DNA of 64,000 nt from a virus (taxonomy: Duplodnaviria; Caudoviricetes): IMG/VR virus record IMGVR_UViG_2698537050_000003, positions 1-64,000 of that record, one strand, 5' to 3'. Below are positions 57,267 through 64,000 of this stretch, in pieces (position 1 is the stretch's first letter; every line of letters starts with the position of its first letter). Both the position numbers and the translations under genes were made by a program. A model generated the notes under the pieces. That model had not been told where the DNA came from. It saw nothing but the letters and a program-made list of their open reading frames with translations, and did no database searches.

Positions 57267-57290
57267 GATTCGTTCCGATCAGGCGAACAG
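57267..57290 (+). repeat. Direct repeat left of AIPR gene
   Basis: GATTCGTTCCGATCAGGCGAACAG identical to 59429-59452, with imperfect similarity extending on both sides. Confidence 0.85.
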
Positions 57291-57525
57291 ATCAGCGCCG
57301 GCCGGGTGAACTTCGCACCCTGGGCCTCTCCGGGTGGGCCTCGCGGTAAGGAGCCTCGCCCAATGGAAAGCCGGCATTTAGGGGGCTGTTTGGACTGCGA
57401 GCAGGTGGCAAAGGTTGTGGATCGTGGGTACCCGCATAGGCCGAAAGTATGGACTACTTCGCTAAGAATGCTGATAGAGAGGTTGCATAGAACAAAAAGA
57501 TTATCTTTTGGGTTGTGGGGGCGAA

Positions 57526-59274
57526 ATGAGTGAAGCGTGGCAGGAGGCGTACGAAGCACGCTTCGCAAATTCCGAATTTGGCGAGGACGCTATTGGTCTC
57601 TTCGCCCTTGGTCTTCAGTTCGGTTTGGATGACCTGGACACGCTCGGGGCGGACATCGTTACCGGGGGCTCAAACGATAAGAAATGCGACCTAATTTATC
57701 TCGACGTTGAGGAAGGCCGCTGCGTAATAGCGCAATGCTATATTTCATCGAAAGCCAGGCCGTCTGCTCCTGCGAATAAAGCGTCAGATTTGAACACCGC
57801 GATATCGTGGCTGATGAACTCTCAGATTGAAAAACTGCCAATCGCTCTGCGCGGCAGTGCGGCTGATCTTCGCGCAGCGATCAAAGACGGTAAATTGCGT
57901 GAAATCTACGTGTGGTACGTTCACAACCTGCCCGAGAGCAAGAACGTTGCCGAAGAAATGACTGCCGTGGAGCATACAGCGAACGTCGCGATAAGGAGCA
58001 TTTCTGCCAAGTCAGGCGTTCGAGTTTTAGCAAGAGAATTCGGAACAAAGCACTTCGCCAGACTCTATCGAGAAAGCGGTTCACCGATCCTTGTGAACAA
58101 GAATATCGAAACCAAGGTGCAAACCGGTTTTCGGGTAAGCGGCCAAGATTGGTCGGCATATCAGACCTTTCTTCCTGGCCGGTTTTTCTACGATCTGTAC
58201 CAGAAGCATGGCACCGATCTTTTTAGCGCCAATGTCCGCGATTATCTCGGCTCGCGAGCTAGCGATTCCAACATCAACAATGGGATCAAAGAAACCGCGG
58301 AAAGTGAGCCCGACCATTTTTGGGTTTTTAACAACGGCGTGACCGCATTGGTAAATGGGCTCACTTCCCGCACCCTGAAGGGTAGCATCAGGCTATCAAT
58401 TCAAGGCATTTCCATCGTCAATGGTGCACAGACCACGGGTGCTATCGGCTCGCTTGCCAAGAGTCCGAGCCGTGACATGATCGTGCCGGTGCGATTCATC
58501 TGGACGAAAAATGAAGGTTTGGTGGAAGACATCATCAAATACAATAACAGTCAGAACAAAATTTCCGCGTCTGACTTTCGAAGTACCGACCCTATTCAGA
58601 AGCGACTAAAAGCCGAGTTCATAAAGATTCCCGATACTGAATATGAGGGAGGAAGGCGCGGCGGGGCCAGCGATATAATCAAGCGCCGGCCAAATTTGCT
58701 TCCGTCATACACCGTTGGTCAAGCCCTTGCGGCTTTCCACGGAGATCCTGTTCTTGCGTATAATCGCAAATCTGACATTTGGGTCAACGACAGAAACTAT
58801 TCGAGTTACTTCAAAGAAGAGACGACGGCAAAACACATCGTGTACGTCTATTCTCTCTACAAAGCGGTTGGCAGGAAGAAACTAGATCTCGTCACAAAAA
58901 CCAAGGGTGGAGACGACCTTACAAAAATAGAGGTCGAACAACTGGAATTTCTAGAAAAGAAGGGGGCCATCCTTCTGACATGCGCTGCGGTAGCAGATTG
59001 TCTAGAAATTGTCCTGGGTCGGGCCATACCAAACAAGTTTCGATTGTCCTTTAGCGAGAAAATGTCCCCAAAGAATGCAGAGGACTTATGGTTGGATTTG
59101 CTTCAACCCCTTTTTGCCCTGATAACCACTTTGGATGCGGCTTTTCAGTCCAATCGCGTGAACACAGAGTTGGCGAAACGAACCATCCCTTCGTTTCGAA
59201 ACGTGGCGGCTGCCGTGAGTGAGCCAAATAAGGGCATTTTCAGCAGGTTCGCAGCTAAGACAAAATTCGACTAA
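57526..59274 (+). CDS. AIPR family protein
   Basis: LFSANVRDYLG, FWVFNNGVT, IVNGAQTT, NNSQN.I...DFRS.DP.Q; N-terminal D..CD...IAQ nuclease-like domain. Confidence 0.9.
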   Translation: MSEAWQEAYEARFANSEFGEDAIGLFALGLQFGLDDLDTLGADIVTGGSNDKKCDLIYLDVEEGRCVIAQCYISSKARPSAPANKASDLNTAISWLMNSQIEKLPIALRGSAADLRAAIKDGKLREIYVWYVHNLPESKNVAEEMTAVEHTANVAIRSISAKSGVRVLAREFGTKHFARLYRESGSPILVNKNIETKVQTGFRVSGQDWSAYQTFLPGRFFYDLYQKHGTDLFSANVRDYLGSRASDSNINNGIKETAESEPDHFWVFNNGVTALVNGLTSRTLKGSIRLSIQGISIVNGAQTTGAIGSLAKSPSRDMIVPVRFIWTKNEGLVEDIIKYNNSQNKISASDFRSTDPIQKRLKAEFIKIPDTEYEGGRRGGASDIIKRRPNLLPSYTVGQALAAFHGDPVLAYNRKSDIWVNDRNYSSYFKEETTAKHIVYVYSLYKAVGRKKLDLVTKTKGGDDLTKIEVEQLEFLEKKGAILLTCAAVADCLEIVLGRAIPNKFRLSFSEKMSPKNAEDLWLDLLQPLFALITTLDAAFQSNRVNTELAKRTIPSFRNVAAAVSEPNKGIFSRFAAKTKFD

Positions 59275-59428
59275 AGCGTTCAGGGCGGAGCGTGGTCAAT
59301 CAACAGCCCCGCATAGATCGCTTGCGCCTGACGACACTGCGCTTTTCGGCGCGATCGAGGGCGTTCAGCGGACTTACGCATTACGAACTCCAACGCTAGA
59401 GACCAGGACTCAAGCCGGAGCAAAGGGC

Positions 59429-59452
59429 GATTCGTTCCGATCAGGCGAACAG
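59429..59452 (+). repeat. Direct repeat right of AIPR gene
   Basis: Identical 24-mer to 57267-57290. Confidence 0.85.
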
Positions 59453-59701
59453 CTCCGCGCCGGCTTGCGTGAACTTCACGTAAGTGCCGGATCGATGGAT
59501 CTCCAGCCATCCGCGATCGATCGCCGTCTGCAACCCTGCGACATATTCGTCGGCGCTGCCGCCGGACTGTAAGAACGGCCAGTTGATCTTTTCGATATGG
59601 ATGCGGCCGTCCTGGATGGCTTCGACCGAGTTGGCGATCTCGATCAGCTTGCGGGCGGCTTTTTCCGGGTCGGCATAGGGGCGCTCGATGGCGAACTTCA
59701 T
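59441..59701 (-). CDS. Small conserved hypothetical protein (wHTH-like) coupled to SRAP gene
   Basis: [13 protein letters not shown]...[26 protein letters not shown] overlap. Confidence 0.75.
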   Translation of the reverse strand: MKFAIERPYADPEKAARKLIEIANSVEAIQDGRIHIEKINWPFLQSGGSADEYVAGLQTAIDRGWLEIHRSGTYVKFTQAGAELFA

Positions 59702-60010
59702 GCCGCAGCCTTGTCTTCCTTGTCGGCCCCCCGCGCCACGATCATCAACCGGTCATCCGGCAGCGGCCGTTGCAAAGCCTTCGCCTCGTCCCACGGCGCT
59801 CTTATCCACACGTCGCGCTCTTCGTCTGTGGTGAGGATCACGGCCTCCGTCCAGATGCCGGCAAACGCCGTCAGTGGCCGATCGTCATTCAAGGCAAACC
59901 ATACCACATCCTTTTTCTTAGTCTCCGGGTTCGGCTCTGGCGCGTATTCGGCGAAGCTATTGAAAGGCACCAAACACCGGTTCTCCGGTCGCAGCCAACC
60001 CCGCCATCGG
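59698..60010 (-). pseudogene. SOS response-associated peptidase (SRAP/YedK) remnant
   Basis: [25 protein letters not shown]; lacks N-terminal catalytic Cys and the H..MP segment. Confidence 0.8.
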
Positions 60011-60446
60011 TTCTGGTCATCAGGCTCCATCCAGTCATTTCTTGTTTGCCGTCCGCCCCTTGATCGACAGCCCCAAACGGGCCGCTTTCTTTATGATGAA
60101 GGCCCGGCGCCAGCCTTAGCGTCAGCTGGCGATCCGGGCCGATGTGGCTTTCGATAAATCCCTCTAGCCGGTCTGGCAGCGCGCAGCCTTCGAGGGAAAA
60201 GCGGCGCAGAACCTCGGTGGCAACCGCGTGGGAAACGTCCTCGCAGCGTTGGGTCTCGGGGTTGAGCATCACCACCCGCAAGGGGTCGCTGTACTCGCCG
60301 ACCATCATGTTCGTGACGATGGTTTCAAAGTCGGCGCGGTCGAGATCGGTTTCGAGAAACGACGGCCCGGTGCGAAAGCCACATATGACGATGTGGTAAT
60401 CCTGATCGGGCACCCCCGGAACAATTGATGGCATCCACTCACGCAT
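59889..60446 (-). CDS. Paralogue of 56871-57227, read-through past QLTLRLA (stop probably lost)
   Basis: W.PSIVP...ETD...DFETIV..M..GEY.DP...EDVS; similarity ends about 60110. Confidence 0.6.
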   Translation of the reverse strand: MREWMPSIVPGVPDQDYHIVICGFRTGPSFLETDLDRADFETIVTNMMVGEYSDPLRVVMLNPETQRCEDVSHAVATEVLRRFSLEGCALPDRLEGFIESHIGPDRQLTLRLAPGLHHKESGPFGAVDQGADGKQEMTGWSLMTRTDGGVGCDRRTGVWCLSIASPNTRQSRTRRLRKRMWYGLP

Positions 60447-60534
60447 ACGCCACTCCCGCCGTACGGCCACAGGCTACACCGGGAGCGCCGGGTTGGGGAC
60501 TCGCATTTTGTGCTGGGCAGTCTATCTGCAACCT

Positions 60535-61134
60535 ATGCAGAAAGGATTGGAATTTGCCCTGCCGGTGAAGGCCCCGAAGGTCCCGGCTGGCCCGGACTGG
60601 CTCCACGAGATCAAGCACGATGGCTACCGGATGATGGTGATCCGCGAGCAGAAATCGGTGCGCCTGATCACCAAGGGCGGGCTCGATTGGTCGAAGCGGT
60701 TCCCGTTGATAGTCGAGGCTGCGCTGAAGCTGCGGCACGAGCAGTTCGTGCTCGATGGCGAGGTTGTGCTGCTCGGTGTCGATGGCAGGTCTGACTTCGA
60801 TGGGCTGCATTCTCGCAAGTACGACGCCGAGGTCCAGTTCTACGCCTTCGATCTGCTGGCCGCTGGCGGCGACGATCACCGCAAACTGCCGCTGTTCCTG
60901 CGCAAGCAAAACCTCGCGGCGCTGCTGGCCCGCCGATCCGATGGAATCCATGCTGCTCCGTTTGAGCAAGGCGAGATCGGCCCCGATCTGTTTCGTCATG
61001 CCTGCCTGATGGGGCTGGAGGGTCTGGTGTCGAAGCATCACGAGCGCGCCTATGGTGCAGGCCGTTGCACGCATTGGATCAAGGTCAAGAACCCGAAGCA
61101 CCCAGCCTATCGGCGCGTGCAGGATCAGTTCTGA
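60535..61134 (+). CDS. ATP-dependent DNA ligase adenylation domain (LigD-like, no OB domain)
   Basis: EIKHDGYR, LDGEV, YAFDLL, LEGLVSK, WIKVK. Confidence 0.88.
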   Translation: MQKGLEFALPVKAPKVPAGPDWLHEIKHDGYRMMVIREQKSVRLITKGGLDWSKRFPLIVEAALKLRHEQFVLDGEVVLLGVDGRSDFDGLHSRKYDAEVQFYAFDLLAAGGDDHRKLPLFLRKQNLAALLARRSDGIHAAPFEQGEIGPDLFRHACLMGLEGLVSKHHERAYGAGRCTHWIKVKNPKHPAYRRVQDQF

Positions 61135-61143
61135 CGCCACGGG

Positions 61144-61215
61144 AGTCCGCTATGCCCCAATAGCGACCAAATTCCGCAGCGCCGCGAAATGACGCGGATG
61201 TGCCAGAAGCAGACT
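61144..61215. repeat. Palindromic intergenic repeat, family A copy 3
   Basis: AGTCCGCTATGCCCCAATAGCGACCAAATTCCGCAGCGCCGCGAAATGACGCGGATGTGCCAG, close match to 17225. Confidence 0.8.
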
Positions 61216-61277
61216 AGCAAGATGTTGCAAGGCACAAGCAATAAATCGCGGGCTCCCAGGGGCGTAATTGAAGCGCC

Positions 61278-61775
61278 TTAGGCAAGCCAGCAAACCGCGT
61301 ATAGCCCGATGGAGGTGCCGATTATGAAGCAACCCCATGAAAGCACCGCGCCCATCAGAGAGGCGGTTAGGAGCATTAGCCCGTCAACCCCTCGGTTTAG
61401 TGCCTCCGAAGGAACTTTTGAAAGATCGGTATGCGGCACCACGTATTGATCAAGAAAGCTGGTGGCGACCAACAAGCCCGAGATGTAGGCCCCGATCGAT
61501 AATGCAAAGACAAGCAAACCCACGAAGAAAAATATCGCAGATGCCTTCAGTGGAGCATGAAGTTCTGCCCGGGATGCAAAATAATACAGGCCCGCTATCG
61601 AGCCTAGTAAGCCCGCGCCGTTACCGGTGCCGATCAATTTGAGCGCGTCGAACAACAACGAAAAGCGGGCCGCTGGCGTGAAGATTGGGGCTTCGCCGCC
61701 TGATGTGCCGGGGCCGGCCCCCTGCGCAGTCCACCATTTCTCAAAGTTCCGCATGGAACGGTCGCGCAGGGTCAC
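61278..61775 (-). CDS. Hypothetical multi-TM protein
   Basis: Three to four hydrophobic segments; NGAGLL motif. Confidence 0.6.
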   Translation of the reverse strand: MTLRDRSMRNFEKWWTAQGAGPGTSGGEAPIFTPAARFSLLFDALKLIGTGNGAGLLGSIAGLYYFASRAELHAPLKASAIFFFVGLLVFALSIGAYISGLLVATSFLDQYVVPHTDLSKVPSEALNRGVDGLMLLTASLMGAVLSWGCFIIGTSIGLYAVCWLA

Positions 61776-61986
61776 AGCATCGTCCCTAAAAAAGTTTGAG
61801 CCTAGCAGCGAAGATCAACCTCCGTGAGTCTAGGCCACGCAGCGAATCGCGTGCAAGCCCATTCCCAATAAAGTTCAGCATGTATCTCGGAGTATCAGCC
61901 CGTACCAACCGGACCCAGACAGGACCCGTGCAGGCCGTCTCCCGCATAACCTATTGAAATCAGGACACCTTGCTGGAGTGCTCAAG

Positions 61987-62146
61987 GCCGTGCAAAGGCG
62001 GCGCTTTCCAGTGGTTGCAAGCCCCACCCGCCAACCGCTCCAGCCGGAAGCAATCGGAGCAGTCATGGAGGTAACGAAGTGGCTGAAGCCTTCGATTAGC
62101 GTGTCACGAATTGGTGACAGCGCGAGTGTGCAGGCCGCAACGCGGA
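61987..62146 (+). mobile_element. Group II intron 5' (domain I) remnant, no RT
   Basis: CCACCCGCCAACCGCTCCAGCCGGAAGCAATCGGAGCAGTCATGGAGGTAACGAAGTGGCTGAAGCC...GCGAGTGTGCAGGCCGCAACGCG resembles recalled bacterial group II intron 5' regions. Confidence 0.7.
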
Positions 62147-62325
62147 TGGCGTCGAGATCGGTCGAGACCATCAGATGCTCGGTCGGCTGCGCGCCGCCGG
62201 CCCCGACCAGCGAGAGCCGCGCGACGAAATTGCTCGGGCAGTCCGCTGGCCCGTCATAGATCGTCCAGAGCTGCAGCCGCGCTTCCTCGGGGCCTGGTAT
62301 GCCGCGCCCGTTTGATCTCGTTCAT
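62146..62325 (-). pseudogene. Frameshifted and truncated phage hypothetical gene
   Basis: LWTIYDGPADCPSNFVAR...PTEHLMVSTDLDA out of frame with ATG 62325; cut at the intron remnant. Confidence 0.5.
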
Positions 62326-62720
62326 CGCCTGCACCTCCACGATAGATGCCGCCCGATATGGAAATAGCGGCGGCCCTTGCTGCCGCATACGCGATCCGCA
62401 TGACGCTCGGCATGCAGTGGGCTGATCTGGCTTTGCTTGGACTGATCTGGCTTTGTTTGGGCATCTTCAGCCATGCGCGCTTGCTGCATAGCTGGGGCTG
62501 GAGCCTGCCAGCGCTGCTCGAAAGCCAGCTCTGGGGAGATCGGGATGGTGCGGATCATCACCGCAAATGGCTTTGGCGGATCGATAGCCGCAGGCGCTGG
62601 TGCGTTTTTTTGATCGAGCTGGGCTAAGACAGCGCCGACCATCCACGCAACCCACAGGGCTCCTGAAGCGATGGCCAGCTTGGTCGGGAATACGGGTTGC
62701 AGCAGCGGATGCATTCTCAA
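62322..62720 (-). CDS. Hypothetical membrane-anchored phage protein
   Basis: N-terminal TM; C-terminal VC..KG......SWRCRR. Confidence 0.65.
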   Translation of the reverse strand: MRMHPLLQPVFPTKLAIASGALWVAWMVGAVLAQLDQKNAPAPAAIDPPKPFAVMIRTIPISPELAFEQRWQAPAPAMQQARMAEDAQTKPDQSKQSQISPLHAERHADRVCGSKGRRYFHIGRHLSWRCRR

Positions 62721-62756
62721 TGCCTACCGCGCCCCAGCTGCTTCAGATGATGGCAA

Positions 62757-62800
62757 CAAAAAACCCGCCCCAGATCAACCGGGGCGAGCAAATTTTTTTT
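62757..62800. terminator. Possible bidirectional terminator downstream of integrase
   Basis: A-run, CGCCCC...GGGGCG hairpin, T-run. Confidence 0.5.
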
Positions 62801-62826
62801 AAGATGATGTCACTTTCCGCATATTG

Positions 62827-64000
62827 TCAGGCGGCCCGCCGCAGCTCCTCCTGCGCTGCAGCAGGCTCGGCGACGATGCGCCTGATCTCATCGGCCAGCT
62901 TTTGCAGGGCCTCGCGCTTCTCGCCGATGCGCAGGTCCTGATCGTAATGCTTGCCGGTGATCGCTGCGACCGCGCCATGCTCGTCACTCTTCACGGTGTG
63001 ATCGAGGCAGAGCGAGATGATCGAGCGCGGCACCTTGAGGCCGCCTAGCAGGCTCGCCGCTGATCTTCGCAAGTCATGCGGCGTGAACGGCTTCAGCCCG
63101 AGTTGCTCGCAAAGGCCGATGGTTCTTGTGATCCGCTTTCCGTTCCTGATCCGGCACGTGCCGCGCAGCGCGTTCGCCATCGCGCTGCGAGCGAGCGGCG
63201 CATCGCCGAAGCGGCCCGTGAACAGCCAAGGATAATTGCCCATCGCCTCTTTTGCGATCTCGACCGCCAGATCGGAAAGCGGCTGATGTATCTCGCGGGC
63301 CGCCTTGACGCGCTCCTCGGGGATCACGACCAGCGGCAGCGCGCTGTTCAAGCCACCGCGCCCCAGTTCATCGCGGTGGATATGCAGCATCTCGACCGAG
63401 CGCAGCATGCTCACCAGCGCGAACTTGATGGCCAAGCGGATGCGGCGCTCGATGGTGATGTCGGGCCGGTCGAGCCCATGCCAGAGCACCCTGATCTCGT
63501 CGGGGCTCAGCTTGCGCGTGCGCGGCGGCTCCTTGTCGAGCGGCGGCAGATTCACGCAAGGGCTGGCGCTGACATAATCGCGGCCCGCTTCAGCCGCCCA
63601 GCTGAACAGCCCCGAGACCGCCTTGCGCATATGGCGGGCGCTGGAGATCGATCCCGCCTTGGTGGTCTTGCCCTTCTTGATGATCAGCGTGCCCGCGAGG
63701 ATATCCGCCTGCAGCTGCGCGATGTCATGCTTGGTGACTTCGCTGGCGATCATCCTGCCGAGGCGCGGGCGGACGAAGCGCTCCAGATGGCTGGCCATGT
63801 TTTCCCAATCCTTTCGGCGCGGCCCCATCTTCAGCGTGATGCCATCCTTGTCGCGGCCCTTCGGCACCAGCTCGCTGACCCACGCGATCCGCATGTCGAT
63901 CAGCGCATCAACGGTGATGCCTTGCTTGGCCTGCAGCTGCTCCGCTCGCCGAGCGGTCGCCGCGATATCCTCGCCGCAGCCGATCCTGCCCTTCAGCTTC
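62827..64000 (-). CDS. Tyrosine integrase (5' end outside window)
   Basis: MLRSVE (R), TPHDLRRSAAS (HxxR), LDH, HY catalytic residues; frame open to window edge. Confidence 0.92.
   Translation of the reverse strand, partial: KLKGRIGCGEDIAATARRAEQLQAKQGITVDALIDMRIAWVSELVPKGRDKDGITLKMGPRRKDWENMASHLERFVRPRLGRMIASEVTKHDIAQLQADILAGTLIIKKGKTTKAGSISSARHMRKAVSGLFSWAAEAGRDYVSASPCVNLPPLDKEPPRTRKLSPDEIRVLWHGLDRPDITIERRIRLAIKFALVSMLRSVEMLHIHRDELGRGGLNSALPLVVIPEERVKAAREIHQPLSDLAVEIAKEAMGNYPWLFTGRFGDAPLARSAMANALRGTCRIRNGKRITRTIGLCEQLGLKPFTPHDLRRSAASLLGGLKVPRSIISLCLDHTVKSDEHGAVAAITGKHYDQDLRIGEKREALQKLADEIRRIVAEPAAAQEELRRAA

Noticed and set aside
57272-57288. GTTC...GAAC as LexA box
   Set aside because: Inverted with 9-nt spacing; the alphaproteobacterial box is a GTTC-N7-GTTC direct repeat
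61875-62171. 98-aa minus-strand ORF
   Set aside because: Mostly the antisense reading of the group II intron remnant fused to a pseudogene tail

Overview
High-GC alphaproteobacterial (Bradyrhizobium-like) temperate phage region. Positions 1-34.6 kb are a virion morphogenesis module: a ParB-like gene, a Mu Mom-like DNA-modification gene, P27-type terminases, an HK97-type head with two capsid paralogues, and a Mu-like contractile tail, baseplate and fibres. This module is interrupted by two free-standing homing endonucleases and a 2.9 kb PEP-CTERM moron. Positions 34.6-62.8 kb are a mosaic accessory/defence region: AbiV-like HEPN, membrane patatin, type I R-M, MtlR-like HEPN, an ABC-3C/Lamassu-type operon, AIPR, decayed SRAP/ligase modules and a group II intron remnant. 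A tyrosine integrase runs off the right edge. Two observations stand out. (1) A 69-nt tRNA-Gly-like element (GCG/CGC acceptor stem, U discriminator, CCA end) lies inside the 3' end of the mom homologue and could be a dedicated glycine donor for DNA hypermodification. (2) The Lamassu-type operon's effector subunit lacks an enzymatic domain and instead shares a QxxAxAxGDIVxRDK motif with an adjacent 56-aa membrane peptide, the layout of amyloid-signalling cell-death pairs. All family assignments come from motif recognition by eye; no database searches were run.
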